Shown here: positions 23,642 to 38,036 of the stretch, one piece after another
How the letters are laid out: every line of letters begins with the position of its first letter
How positions within the stretch are numbered: the first letter of the stretch is position 1
NCBI GenBank assembly: GCA_964016885.1
Contig: OZ024740.1
Location: 222,084,001-222,148,000, forward strand
Reading direction: 5' to 3'
Origin: Eledone cirrhosa
Taxonomy: Eukaryota
Length of the DNA: 64,000 nucleotides
Position numbers and translations under genes: made by a program
The notes under the pieces: generated by a model
The model's input: only the letters and a program-made list of their open reading frames with translations
Told to the model about the DNA's origin: nothing
Database searches by the model: none

Positions 23642-24050
23642 GCGAGAATCGGATTTCGGCGGGTACAAATTAGCGAAACGCAACTCCCGAATCGTGTTGA
23701 CAAGCGCTCTATGGCTATGAAGATACCAGAGCTATAAACATAAGTTAAAAAGGTTACACAAACCTGAGACGATGGTTAAGAAGCCATTAACCATCTAAGC
23801 CAAAAAAAGCGAACAAACTAAACGGGTCAAACAAAATAAGATATGATTGAAATAGTTACCCGGACCCTCGGGGAAGATAGTATACTCCGATATAGCGTTT
23901 TTGCGACACCTAAATCAATAATACTGTCTGTTTATAAAAAAATAATAAGCTTTTGGTATAATGATCGAACAAGGAATCACTTTCTCAACAGGGACTTCGT
24001 TCTTCGTGCGCCATAATCTCACAGGGTATGAAAGCACATGTGAGGTTCTC
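23638..24050 (+). mobile_element. Unclassified (TA)n-flanked repeat, homologous to 59286-59640 (minus)
   Basis: Shared blocks gagaatcg..ttNcggc..aaattagcgaaa..caact and agagcta..acata.gttaaaagg..ctgagacgatggttaa. Confidence 0.65.
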
Positions 24051-24209
24051 TCTCTATATATATATATAATGTGCATGTGTGTCCAACCTATGCCAGTGTG
24101 GAAAGTGGGCGGAAAATCATGTATATATATATAACCCTAGCGAAAACCTTAGTTTCGGTAGTTGCTACCATAATATGGTAGGTAGTAATGTTTGTCCTAA
24201 GCCAAAACG

Positions 24210-24325
24210 TCGGAGAAAATGCTTTGCTGTATTCTCTCGGAATTCAAATCCTGTCGAGTTCAACTTTGCCTTTCATCCTTTCGAGTTCAATAAAAAAATG
24301 ACCAGTTGAGTACTGGGCTCGATTC
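24210..24325 (+). mobile_element. Diverged family-A SINE fragment
   Basis: aattcaaatcctgtcgagttcaactttgcctttcatcctttcgag. Confidence 0.7.
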
Positions 24326-24544
24326 ATCCTTTACATCTTTCTCACTTCAATTTTCTCATCTCTATCCTTTTCTGGAAGAAATCTGATGTATTTACCTAGA
24401 GAGGAGATGGGCTTAGCCAGGGTAAGAGAAAGTACTCTAGAAACACCTTATGCCAATATGGTGCCTCTACGTCTATCTCATGAGTTACGGGACAGAACTA
24501 GGAGAATGTGTATTCTGTTAGGGTGGTGGTGGCGAGACAGGAGG

Positions 24545-24588
24545 TACTACTACTACTACTACTACTACCACTACTACTACTACTGCTG

Positions 24589-24673
<85 letters not shown>

Positions 24674-24675
24674 GT
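24545..24675. repeat. (TAC)n microsatellite
   Basis: Directly visible in the sequence. Confidence 0.95.
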
Positions 24676-24950
24676 ACTGCCACCATTGATAAAATACCTA
24701 TTTCTATTGATACACCCTCTTTCTATGAAACTTTGTGAACTATTGAAGAAAGTATGTCTCCAGGAATCCTCGGTTAGTTCTGTCCTCTCAATCAAGATTT
24801 GCCATTCATCCAAACTCCTTATCTACTTATATATTTGAACTTCTGCATTAAATTTCAAGATCCAGTGTGAAGAAGTAGTAACCAATAATATTGTAGCTTA
24901 TTGCAACCAATGAGAACCGCATTGTTACAAATGAATACATTTTATTCTTA

Positions 24951-25818
24951 ACTAGCAATGGTACCCGGCGTTGCACGGGATAAGGTATTTTGGAACGCGG
25001 GCCGCCAACAGACCTAATGGTGGAAAAACTGCATGCCTCGACAATATGTAAAGAAAATAAACCGAATACTCAGATGGCTGGATAATCTTTAAGATATTCC
25101 TCGATGAAGCAGGAAAAATGCAGGTTTTCACCTAATGCATCAAGAAAATGAAATTTTTTATGTGCATAACACTCCCTGAGTAACTTTTGTCCTCGTAAAG
25201 GCACGTAAGTAAGCAACACTGTGAAAACAGAAGCTATTATAGCGATGTTTTTCTTTACCTGCTTTAATTTTTAGTGTTGTGTGAAATATATAATCGCCTT
25301 AGCTAAGCTTAGTATTGCCACAACCACGGCTGGCAAAGAAGTAAGGGTCTGGTGGTACGTAAGTAAGCAACATTATGGCTTAAAACGTGAGGAAGAAGTT
25401 GTGTGCACTTACCAACTGTTTGGGGAACGAGTGTGAGATTTGTCTTGAGCAAGGGTGGTTGAATAACCGGAGGCAGCAGACAGCCAGACATACAGACAGA
25501 TATTATAAGGGCGCGTTTTGGACGCAGAAGGAATTGTGGGAAGTGACGTAATGCAGACAGTCAGACATTCAGACAGATATTATAAGGGCGCGACGTTATA
25601 TGTATGTATTTATCTAAAAAGAGAAAGACTAAGAATTATAGAGAGAGATCGCTAAATCGCCTCATGCGGTCCCTAGGGCACTGGAAATTTGAAATTTATT
25701 TGCTCAGACAACTCCCTGAAACATAAGTATAGTTTGAAAACAGTCGAGTTTTAGGGATTCTAACTCACACACACACACACACACACAGACAGGCATCCTC
25801 AGTTTTATATATATAGAT
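24951..25818 (-). mobile_element. Non-autonomous Helitron
   Basis: On the minus strand: 5' a|TCTATATATATAAAACTGAGG and 3' hairpin cccgtgcaacgccggg followed by CTAG|t. Both ends are shared with 43039-43587. Confidence 0.8.
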
Positions 25819-25884
25819 AAAATGCTTGTTGTTTCATACATGACTCTCTTAATGTTCTAACGTACAATAAATCCAAGAGAACAC

Positions 25885-26098
25885 TGTCTCTAACATTGGA
25901 CAAGGCTAGCAATTTGAGGGAAGGGGAAAGTTGATCATATAAACACTAGTATTTAACTCTTATATTATTTTATCGACCTCAGAAGGATGAATAATAACGT
26001 TGATATTGGCGGAAATTGAACTCATAACGTAGAAAGTTGTAAGTAGATGCTGTAAAGCATTTTGCTCGAAGCTCAACAATACTGCCAATACACCGCAC
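25885..26098 (-). mobile_element. Diverged family-A-related SINE
   Basis: ttttatcgacctcagaaggatgaa...gaactca...actgccaatacaccgc. Confidence 0.7.
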
Positions 26099-27482
26099 TC
26101 AACACGATTCTTAATATAAACAGTAACACATTGCATTTACATTGGACATTGGAAATATAAATAACAGGCTAGACTCCGCTATGAGCATGCGAGGAGCCAG
26201 TTGGATGATGATGGCCTAAGTATGTTACAGCGGGACTTGAATTCAGAACGCAAAGATGAGGAACTCATCTTACACTAACAATGTCGCTAATTCACTACTC
26301 TTGATCAGTATATTATTTGGTCGATCTCGCGGAACGCGAACTTATATGGCAGAGAGCCAGGACAAACACCTCTAGATATTTTATCTGACGCTCTAATAAA
26401 TCTGCCAATTCACTTATTACGTGGATCCTAATCAGATAAGTTTGTGTTTATTTCTGGTAAAAGACATTTCACTTTATTCATTCTTACTAATATAATTGGG
26501 AAAGTAGTGGAGGTTGCATGGGTATAGTATTAGTGTGATAGAAAGACAACTTCTGAGCATTGAAGCCACCGAGCTGTATGTCCTCACTGTAGGTGATATT
26601 GTCAAACATGTTAGTTAGAGGACTTTGTAGAGAAGTATATATGGAAAATATTCATGGAAGATTGGAGGAGAGATACAAGTTTATGTTATTAGTATCCATA
26701 TTGGAGAGTCAAGTGACAAGCAAAGTGTAATCTTCGTATGTGCACACAATGTTTCAAAGAGAAATGTGAATAATGATGGCAGCCTGCATCTCAAAGATTG
26801 TCTATGGATAAAAATGGAACCATGTATCTCAAAGAGGAATAAAATGGTGTTAGTGAGAAGTTATGTGACAGATGTTCACGGATATTGGAACAGATAAAGG
26901 AAATCAACTATAGAAATTATTATTGTTCAACTATTTTATACTTAAATCTACGTTGTATCAGCTTAAATAAGTTAAACTATTCCCTAAATTCATAATTAAA
27001 TATACTTTGTAGCAGCATATAAAAAGCTAACATACTCCTAAAATTTATACTTAAATCTACGTTGTAGCAGTTTTAATACAATAACATACTCCTAAAATTC
27101 AAATTTGCAAATCACTTTGTAAAACGATTTGCTTACGTTTCCTGGTTGATAGATAAGTTTTAACAATGAAGGGACAGTGGTCAGTCTCACTCTGGTATAA
27201 TGGTAACGTAGCTATCCGGCATACGGTAGGTTTGAGTTTGATTTTCGTGAGCGACTCTGTCCAATTTTTCCGTCTCTAGTTGTTAACTTGTTCGACTATG
27301 TTATAGTTAAAACTACCCCGGAGTAGCTTACAATATGCCTACATGATTTTAAAATTAAAATTTCATCAGCTATTTGTAAAACGATTGTTTCTTTGTTTAA
27401 AAGAATGCAGTTTGCATATTTCATATTTACCTATAAAATAAGCACCCGAAATATACTAGCTTAACTCAGTAGACTAAACCTC

Positions 27483-27823
27483 TATGATTGACGGCTGAAA
27501 ACTTCATAGGTTGATCAACATACTCTCATGGAATGACCAAATGAGGTTTATTTTTCAACATACTCCTTGGAAAGAAACAATGCAATTATTAATAAGAAGA
27601 GTTGAAAGTAATGCATGCAAGATTTCACAGCTCTAGCATCACTTCTTATTAGACTGACCAAGATACTTTCATAAAATAACTGAGGTTTATTTTTCAACAT
27701 AGTCCCTGGAAAGAAACTATGCAATTATTAACAAGAAGAGTTGAAAGTAATGCATGTAAGATTTCACAGTTCTAGCACCACTCCTTCATAGACAGCCTAT
27801 GAACTTTTCAGACGAGCCTAGTA
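27483..27823. mobile_element. Tc1/mariner-like MITE with an internal ~140-bp tandem duplication
   Basis: TIRs ctgaaaacttcataggttg / cagcctatgaacttttcag, with the right end at TA. Duplicated block tgaggtttatttttcaacata...gttgaaagtaatgcatg. Confidence 0.7.
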
Positions 27824-29189
27824 TTTACTGAAACTTAGTGTAGATATTTTCTACTATTTCTCCCTCCTTTTAAATTCTGAGTCGTTTCATATGTCAGACG
27901 TTAACATTTTATACACTGCATTAGTGTTACTAATTTATTAGAGTTTGGTTCAGTTAAAGCTATTCTAATTATCAGACAGTATATAAAACATTTGTTATAG
28001 TCTGCAAAAATGGCAATTAACACATTAGGTATTGTGTAAAAATATGTTTGTTCTTTTTTACAACATGAAAAGAAAGCTATTTAGTTCGATAAGAAATTCT
28101 AAAAAACAACAAAACCACAAAAAACACAACGTAAATTATATCCACTTACGTGTGTAAAGTACACAATAGATGAATAGCGTTTAATATTGAGAATATAAAT
28201 CATAAACTAAAATATTTAAATTATATTGCCCAATTTATAAATCTTTATATATAATCCGTCAGTATTTGTGAAGAAGAGATATTAGATAACTGGAACAGTT
28301 CCAAACAGATTTCTATGAAACTCTATTTCTATCCAAATGTTATTCAGATCAAATCAAACCTATACACAAACCTATACAAGATTTTCTGAGATTTATTCAG
28401 AGAACAGGTGATACAAATCTCTTACAATTTCGTGATATAGATGTATAATAGGTTTTAAACATACACTACTAATCTTGATCACATAGAATTAAAGAATGTT
28501 TTGACAGCAAACTAAGATGTAATGTTATATTGTATTGTTTCTCAGTGATACTGGCTTATATATATTGTGTTTGTCATGTCTGTCATTCTGATTTTACTTC
28601 AGAATTCCTCTGTTCTAATTACATCAATAGTGATCTGCCATATTTCGTTTTGGTTTAAAAAAATCTAGATTCTGTTTTGCAATTCTTGTTTTAATATAAA
28701 ACCTGACAATTCAGTTTAGATATATTTATAGAAAATATTTTATTGCATTCTTTGCTTATTATTGGAGGAAAACGGGTGTTCATACTTGTCATTTAAAATC
28801 TGATGTTTCGGGAATTACAACATTATAAATAAAAACATTTGATTTTTATTTTATATTCAAGATACAACAGTAATTTTGTTTAATATATATAATATGTTAT
28901 AATTTTTTCGAATTTTTAATCATCAAAACAATACTCTTTTCTAAATTCCTTTCTGAATCAGCAAAACATATTGAAGTGCTTCTTATCTTTTATTCTCTTA
29001 ATGTTAGCGCACTTAAATATGGTATGGCATATGGTCGTAGAGGCGCCGTATTGACATACTCGCGCATTGTTTCTTGGACATTGTAAGCCTGGTGGAGCCC
29101 ATACATCTTCCAATCTAAGTACAGCAAATTTTCCTCAAAGAATGATAGAAAGTGAGAGAGAGAGGGAGCGAGAAAGAGATATAGAGGAA

Positions 29190-29345
29190 GAATCGACCTC
29201 AGTATTTGACTGGTATTTTTTTTATCGACCTTGGAAAGATAATAGGCAAAGTTGACCTCGACGGGATTTGAACTCAGAGACAAGAGAGTAGGAACGAATA
29301 CCGCAAAGCATTTTAGCCGACATGCTAATGAGTCTGTTAATTCGT
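29190..29345 (-). mobile_element. Diverged family-A SINE
   Basis: actggtattttttttatcgaccttggaaagataataggcaaagttgacctcgacgggatttgaactcaga. Confidence 0.75.
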
Positions 29346-29624
29346 CACTGGATCTAAATATTAGTTACTCCAAAAAGGATAGTGGAATGATCATAGGTAG
29401 CTTTTGTCACAGAAAACATTCCTCTCAAATACACACAGAAGCAATCATCGGCAAATTCAAAGAGAATAGAATATCAGTAACACGGTGATGATCATGATAA
29501 TAATTCACTCCAAACAATTGTACTCTTCATAAACACTGTACAAATATTCCTTGAAATACATTAATACCGTTAAAAGTTACTTAGTAATGAAAATAGATTA
29601 TTGTCTCCGTGGGGCAGATATTCA

Positions 29625-30170
29625 TTTATTCGGCCCCATTGCTCTCTGTGGAGCATAGGCCATTGACGACACTACACGGTCATGGGCTGCTCTCGTCACA
29701 CCACTCTAGTTGGCTTCCAGTTTTCTTAATTTAGCCTCAGTGTCACGCCTCCAGTTGCCGCGGGCTGGACTCTCTTCCTCTTGCCCTGCATGTTCCAGTT
29801 CAGGGCTTGGCGTGTGGTGTTGGCTGCTGGTTTCCTCAGGGTATATCCAATCCAGCTACTCTTCCTCCGCAAAATCTGCTTTGCCACTGGTTCCTATCCC
29901 ACTCTCTCCCACAGATCTTCGTATCTGATCATCACCGGCCGTTTGGTACTGTAGATGTGCCTCAGATAGGTTTTGAAGAATGTCTATATCTTCTGCTGCA
30001 TCTTCTTTATTGTCCTCCAAGTTTCACATCCGTACAGTAGTATCCCCTTCACGTTAGTTGAAGATGCCCGGACGATCCTTAGCTTGCTGAAAGCTGCTCG
30101 CGCCTTACCAATCCTGGCTGTGACGTCTCGGTTGTTTCCTCCACGTCGATCACCCACACTTCCGCGGTAG
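29625..30170 (-). mobile_element. Decayed 3' fragment of an RTE (BovB-like) LINE
   Basis: DVTARIGKARAAFSKL...ILLYGCETW in ORF 29984-30394, followed by an RTE-like 3' end. Confidence 0.8.
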
Positions 30171-30649
30171 ACAATTATTGCTACACTAGAAAACAGTTCT
30201 CTATAATGGGGCAGCCTCACATTTGTAGACGACTCGCGATTTCTAGTTAAGTGACGTTCAAGTATAGTAGGGCCTGCAGCAATAATGGTTTCTTGATATG
30301 TATAACGAATGAAACATATTGGTCGTGATACTGAGAGACTGGCGCCGAGAATATTATACATAAAACCAGTAAGAGCATTTATGACGTTGTGCATATATAA
30401 TATAGAAATTCCTGCAAAATCTATATCAACGTAGGTAAATATATATTTAACTTAAATAGTTTAGGAATAAAAAATATCAGTGTAAAATCTATTTAAGTGG
30501 AAAGTAGATAAGAAATTATATCGCTAAAGTCATAAAAGAGTGAGAGAGAGAGTGAGGTAGAAAGCCAAACACACACACACACGTACTCATACACACATAT
30601 AAGCATTACATTAAACGTGTCTTAGTACCTAGTGAGTAAACATCACCGA

Positions 30650-31300
30650 TCTTCTTCTTCTTCTTCTTCTTCTTCTTCTTCTTCTTCTTCTTCTTCTTCT
30701 TCTTCCCTCATTTAGGCGCCTTTCCAGGAATCAAGGCCACCCGACACACATGGATGGGCCAGAGAGTAATTTCTCTGTTTAAGGCTTTTAACATCTCGGA
30801 CTGAATTTCATCCTCCCAGTTCCTTGTCACATTTGTGGTCTTTTATTGCTCTAGTGGCCTCAGAGAGATTATTCATCTCTCCCAGAGGCACCCCGTCTAC
30901 ATTATAATATGCTGTTGTTATCGGGTTTACGAGATCAACAAAGTATTCTCTCCACCTCGCGACGATGCACTTCTCTGAAGAGAGGAGAACCCCAACGCGT
31001 TCCTGAGAGCAGACGTGGAGGAGAACTTCTTATTAAGAAGTCGGTGGATGGTCTGACAGAACACTTTATTTGCCGATCTGAAGTCGGATTCTAGCTTAAC
31101 AACATAGTTCTCACATGTGTTAACATTAGGCACCTTTGCAATCTCTACTGTGACTTTTAACGCCTGTTTGGACCGCATGTCCAAGAAGGGGGATTTATTT
31201 CCAAGCCAAGTTTTGTAGGACCCCTTTACTTGGATAGCATCTTTGATCACTTGATTGAACTAAGAGGTCCTCCTGCCACACATCGCTACAAAAAGTCTCT
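30650..31300 (-). mobile_element. Highly decayed LINE fragment (probably RTE) ending in a (GAA)n tail
   Basis: (CTT)n at 30650-30705. ORF 30927-31250 weakly resembles an RTE inter-domain region. Confidence 0.4.
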
Positions 31301-31759
31301 TTGGCTCGTAGCATTTAACAGCTTAAGCATTTTTTCTGGCTACTGAGATAGTTATGGCATGATTAAAATTTAAAACATCCATTGCGAGACGCTGTCTTTT
31401 CTTTTTATAGAAACAGCTATCGTATGAGTTTTCATATAAACCTCTATTATGAAGAACGCTATGTATGTAGTACTGCTAATCCTAGCTGGTAAACTTTGCC
31501 CTATATGCAAATGAGCATTTCCAGCCGATGTTTCATATGAAAAACACAATATAAACTTTAGCTTACTCATGTCTCAGTACTGAGTGAATATATGTAAAAG
31601 ATGACTGGAAAAATACAAAAACAGGTGTCAGACATTCCCATTGGCTACTGTGAAATGATTACAGCCTAAATCATTCATACTGAGACTCTTTTGTGTTTAA
31701 TATACGTATTTATATTGTATATACTTTCATATACACCTATCATCTCTCTCTCTCTCTCT

Positions 31760-31838
<79 letters not shown>

Positions 31839-31846
31839 ATATATAT

Positions 31847-31946
<100 letters not shown>

Positions 31947-32611
31947 CGATGAGACAAATATACAGACATACAGATAAACGGGCAGGATTAGAACAAAATG
32001 TCTTTAAATTGCATTTGAAATTAGGACCTGATTTATAATTCTTACGGGAATAATAGTCGATTCTGTTGCTTGCCATAAAACGTCTGAAGCCTTATAGTTT
32101 GATATTAGTAGCATGAGACAAATTCAAAATTAAGCCAATCAGAAACTTTGAAGCAGTGAAATACTCTATATTGAAAAGGATTTGAAGATAAAAACTTGAA
32201 AAAAAAATGTACCAGTGGCGAAGGGTAACCTGGAAATCAGGGCATGCTGTCAAATTACTATGGCGAAAAGTGAGGCTGTGCAGCCTTACCCCCCCCCCAT
32301 TCCCTCTAAATCCCCCCCCCCCGGTCAAAGCCGCATGTAGTGTTATCTAGTGTGTGTGTGTGTTATCTTTTTATGTGTCTACGATTTAGTAAGCAGTCAA
32401 AATTCTGCTTGCCCCAAAGCTGTCGTGTGTTTGTGTGTATGTGTGTGTATGTGTGTGTGTTATCTTTTTTTGTGTCTATACGTTTTAGTAAGCAGCCAAA
32501 ATTCTGCTTGCTTTAACCGACGCAATTGATCAACTCAAGATTCTATAACGCATGCACTGCTATGTACAATTTTTACACTGTTATGATGTTACACATTTGT
32601 AAATAACGTAT

Positions 32612-32965
32612 ACTAGCTGACGCACCCAGCTTCGCCCGGGTAAACAGATGATAAGAGAAGACAGGTAAAAGAGAATATGACTGTATTGGATGTTTGTCTG
32701 GTTACAGTATGAGGTGAGTCCGTGGTGGTTGTGTGATACAAAAAACAGTAAAAGAAATCTTCCAGATATAACAGATTCTTCGTTGTACCGTTTGTGCATA
32801 GTAGATGAACAATTCTAGGTGCTTCCACCTAGAATAGTGACCTCTAGGAGATGGTTCATCTTCTGCCTGACTGTAAAACATGTATCATTGCATAGACGTG
32901 GTTGTTCCACGTTTCTCAAAAGGGTGATGGAAGTTCCAATCTTTTATATTATATGTATATATAGA
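32612..32965 (-). mobile_element. Non-autonomous Helitron, family 2
   Basis: On the minus strand: TCTATATA... at the 5' end and a cccgggcgaagctggg hairpin plus CTAG|t at the 3' end. Homologous to 33943-34260. Confidence 0.75.
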
Positions 32966-33097
32966 TATAGATAATTAATATAAAAGATGTCGGTCAATGT
33001 AAAAAAGGTCCCTATTTACTTGAAATGGTTTATACAAATGCCAAATTAATATGGATATGGATAACATGCTTATCTATAAGTGGTCAGCTATAATAAT

Positions 33098-33268
33098 TGT
33101 TTCTAATTTTGGCACAAGGCCAGCAATTACCCAGTGCATTACTGGTACTTTATTCTATCGACCCCGGAAGGATGAAAGGCAAAGTTAACCTCGGCGGGAT
33201 TTGAACTCAGATCATACAGGGAGGTAACTCTATGCTTCAAAACATGGTATCCGACCCTTTACCGATAC
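33098..33268 (-). mobile_element. Family-A SINE (slightly 5'-truncated)
   Basis: High similarity to 53782-53967. Confidence 0.9.
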
Positions 33269-33442
33269 TATAATAATAAAACTACAAATTATATGACACA
33301 AAAATGTATTCAGTAATTTCCCGGCTCTTAGCCACTGAGTAATAGACAGTCAATGTTGCCCAGAGTTCAACTCGGGGAGGTGGCCTGGTTTGAACTTCAA
33401 ATGGCAGATCCTTCTACTTCGAAAATCGTTTTTCAATATTAC

Positions 33443-34312
33443 TCTAGCCCTGGCCGGCCATAGGATCCAACTTTTTTGCCAGACTCAGCATATATGATGA
33501 GGTTTTATTACCACCGCAATCAGAAGCGACCCACGCAAACTTGCACACGCACCCGTGCACTTGCACACACGCACACACTCACACATGTTCATAGTTTTTA
33601 CTTTCTGTGGAACGCTGCACGCGCACACAAACACATAAACATACGCGCACGTACATACACACGCACACATGTTAATAGTTATTGCTTTCCTTCCCCTCTT
33701 ATTTCCACACACATCACACACAAACGTCTCTACACTGACACACATATACATAGTGTATCCAATACAGCGTTCACTTTGCCTCTCTGTTTCTTACTCTCCC
33801 CTCTCACTCCCTCATTGGCATTATGCATATTAATTTAAGTTTGGCGTCGTTGAGGTGGGCGGAGTCGTTTGAAACCTATGAACCAATGATAATAGAGAAT
33901 TATGACACAAGGTATAGTGACATTGTTGAAATTAATATATAGACTAGCTGACGTACCAAGCTTCGCCCAGGTAAACAGATGATAAGAGAAGACAGGTAAA
34001 ATAGAAAATGACTGTATTGGATGTTTGTCTGGTTACAGTATGAGGCGAGTTCGTGGTGTCTGTAGCGATACAAAAAACAGTAAAAGAAATCTTCCAGATA
34101 TATCAGATTCTCCGTTGTACCGTTTGTGCATAGTATATAAACAATCCTAGGCGCTCCTACCTTGAATAGGGACCTCTAGGAGATGGTTCATCTTCTGCCT
34201 GACTGTAAAACGTGTATCATTGCATAGACGTGGTTGCTCCACGTTTCTCAAAAGGATGATGGAGAATTATGACACACGTAATACTGACATTGTTGAAATT
34301 AATATATATATA
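33443..34312 (-). mobile_element. Head-to-tail pair of non-autonomous Helitrons (33943-34312 and ~33443-33943)
   Basis: Junction attaatatatag-a-ctagctgacg. The ~50-bp 5' terminus is duplicated (33896-33943 and 34262-34312). Confidence 0.65.
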
Positions 34313-37300
34313 GTTGATTGATTCTTATTTTATCACTCTCGTTGTGACGACACACAACGCTGACTCTGAAAGGAATATTTGAACATCGAACGCAGAGGAA
34401 TGAGTCATAATTTTGTCATGAATTTAGACCGCTTCTGATAATGTAATACAAAACTTATGCATGTTTCGAAATTTAGTAACGGAATTTTTATTACTTCGTA
34501 CATGAAAACTTCATTTAGGGAAATAATTAATTAACTTCCGTGTAAATATAAATATCATCTAAAAGTAATCCTTTTATTTGAGACCTTAAAGATCATCTTA
34601 AGATTAAACTGTAAACTTATTGATCCTCAATGGCTTTAACCTTCTGTAATAATGAGCCACACTATAAAATGAATCCTAGAATGATTTCTTAAATTAAATT
34701 CTTCTTATTTCATAGCTTATTTGATCATTTGCTTGAGGGGCATTCTAGCATTCCAGAAATTATACGTTAGAAAATTCCCAATGATGTACAACAAGTAAAG
34801 CTGCATAACAATTGCGGAAGAATAAGAACGTTACAATAATTCCATAAAACAAATGTAACAGGGATAATTAAATAAAAACCTAAACTTGAAAAAAATTACT
34901 ATTGAAATAGGAAAATCATTTTGCACATGACGAATGTAATATGGCATTTCGTTAACAAGAATATTGTTAAACTGTCAAACTAAACCGTAATGAAACAACC
35001 TAACAATTTTATCTCAATTAACTTTAATTTTCTACGCGAACGAAGAAAATATATAAGGTTTTCAGTGATTGAAATCTTAATTGTTACTTACTCTTAATCA
35101 TTTCTTAGACTTTACTTATATTTAATCTTTACATATTCCTTCAAATGTTACCTATGTAATTTTCTGTTATATTTCCCGATCGTATCAATAACATTCAATA
35201 TTATTTTGAGTGGGGTTGTAGAGATATCGTAATAGATATAATAGCAAGTGCCGAGTTTAGTTCACTCCTTATTTTAATTCATTTTATTGTTTAGGTTAAG
35301 ATACAATAGCTAAATTATCATTATATACACAAAATGCAACTGAAAAGATAAAATATTCTTACTTGTTTGAATATTAAGTTAGAGGCAAAAACGCTTATTT
35401 AAAGTGTACACTGATCAGAATTATTAATGTAATTGTGAAATTAAACATATTCCGTAGTTCAAACTTCAAATATTTTTCAGCTTTATCTAACAGTGGATTA
35501 TTACGAATATTATTTGATAATTAAATTATATAATGCAATTTAAAGCATGTCATATCTTACACTAATTCACTTAAAATGTAGAATGTTCTTTTGAATGTTA
35601 AATTTTAAAATGTGTTTAAAATTTATTGAAAATATGTCTTTCAAATATGCAATTTAACTTACATAGTTTATATTTCGAATATTTAACACCAACGTGACAA
35701 AGGTAATACTGTAACAACTAATTTGGACCTTTTGACTAGGTTTAGCACACTTCGCAAACATCAAATATACAATTGAAAGAAACATAAGTGCTTTGAAGTC
35801 ACATTTAACTTCTACACTTAAATGAAGGGCATTTTTGCCTGACTTAACGAAAGACGCAGAGTTAACAGAAAATATTGAGTACTAATTTCTGGAATGCATT
35901 ATCACAGGGACTTGCAGTTCCCCTATATTCTTCACAATTATAAAGATATAATTTTATCCAAGTTACTAAAATCATTGAGAACAATTATCATAACTCGCTA
36001 TCTAAACCTGAAAATACTTGGCGAAATTCGTTCCGGCTCTCTGCGCTCCGAGATTAGATTTGACCGTGGTCAACTCCCGAGGTTGACAAGTAAAGTCCCA
36101 ATCAAGTACTGACATTAATTCTGCGTCTATATATCTTTCTCTCTTCTCTATCACTCAGTCTTCTTCTCTAGAAGGAATCGTCTATATGTGATGGGCTCTG
36201 TCGGGTTTGAAATGCTAACAAAACACGTCGTATTTCACTACAGGTCAAGACATGTAAATGCACACATATATACAAATGAATATAAAGGAAAATCTGTAAT
36301 TTAACGTGTAAGTGTTAGGGACTCCCATGGCCGTATTTGATTGTTCGAATTATGTAATTAAATACAACGACAGTTATTCTTTACCAAAAGTATGATAAGA
36401 AACAGCTCCCGAAGTGATGTTTAACGCGATCAGCAGAGAAATGGTTCAAACCAACAACATACAGCATGCGATCAGATTCGCAGCTGTATTGACTTAGGAA
36501 TAAAGCAGATAGTATGTGGTTTGTGAGATATATTGTAGGTATTTCAGTTAGTAGAGCGACATTGTGTGATGATATATATACGGTAAGCTTGCGTCTCACG
36601 GGCATATTGTCTCTTTATCCTTCACTACGCCTCTCTTACATTTTCTATTTCTCGACTAGTTTGACTATGAGGCTGATGAAAGTACATGTCTGTACATTAC
36701 TTCAGCAATGCTATCTCAGTTACAGAAGAGTGAAGTAATTTTAACTTAGTTAGGGAGGGTTATAGAAAAGGACTTCTTTTTCGGTCACAAGTATACATAC
36801 TCTATACTCTTTATTGCAATAAAGATTTATCATTTGTACAGCTAAAGCGGTATCTTTCACTTTTACAACTGCGACTATATCACAGTGTTGAGAACAACGT
36901 TAGTAAACACTACTGTAAATAGAAACCTGGCTAGAACTATAACACCAAACAAAACCATTAACAAAAGTACCTAGAAGCACATTACCAGTACCATTAATAA
37001 AACAACGACAATAACAACAAAAATATACAATTAAATCTACAAAAGTGATTTCTTGTAAAATAATTAAAGACTCTTTTATGCTGAAACACCTTTCGTGATT
37101 TCTCATCTATTGTTATATTGTCTGTAAAAAACGAACGCAGTGTTCAATTAAAATCCATTAATATTTCCTTATTTGTGATGACGAGGACAGCAAACTTTCT
37201 AGCGCCCCTAGCATCGTCATTATGTTATTTCGTTTTCTCTCTATTATATAGATTCACTTGAAATGAATACTTCTACCTGATGTTCCAAAAAAATCAATGT

Positions 37301-37601
37301 TGTTAAATCAACTGTATTAACAGCAACAGTTTTATTTAATATACTCATTACAAACTGTGACTGACTAATGTTTATTTCCTAACAACAGATATATAAGTAA
37401 AGAAACTTGACATTGTACATTTCTATTTCTTATTTCGAGGCCCTAACTTTTAACACGACTCCGTAAAGTTCGTTACGGCTTCTGTAACAAGAGCATTGAA
37501 TCATTTTGATTTAATTTCATTCACGCACGCACGTGCACGCGCGCACAAACATACACACATATGTACACACACGCGCGCATACACACATGCACATGTATAT
37601 G

Positions 37602-37644
<43 letters not shown>

Positions 37645-37758
37645 AGATAAGCAGAACAAGTAAAATTCAACCAATTTTTCAAAATAAATCAAAATTAATA
37701 TACAATTAAAATTCATCAAAATTAAAAAATATAATATAAATATTTACCTATTCAAATG

Positions 37759-37839
37759 GCTCTAACTGTACAGTTTCACGGTGCAAAACATTAAATATCA
37801 CCAGGATATTAATAGAAAAGCAACGATCATCAGAGAAGC
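37759..37839 (-). ncRNA. Type-I hammerhead, third family, with extended stem II
   Basis: Minus strand reads gcttct-CTGATGA-t cgttgc [attaatatc/gatatttaat hairpin] gcaccg t-GAAAC-tgtaca-GTT-agagc. It lies between two (TA)n tracts. Confidence 0.7.
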
Positions 37840-37845
37840 ATTTTC

Positions 37846-37954
<109 letters not shown>

Positions 37955-38036
37955 ATACATGTATATATATATATATATATATATTTATTTATTTATATAT
38001 CCATTTATCGTTTTCGGTGTGCCCGGCTGACTGAAC

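Noticed and set aside
34330-37500. Long AT-rich unique stretches possibly hiding host exons (also 40600-42880 and 50400-51900)
   Set aside because: No ORF with recognisable motifs or convincing splice-bounded coding bias. Small exons cannot be excluded without RNA-seq.
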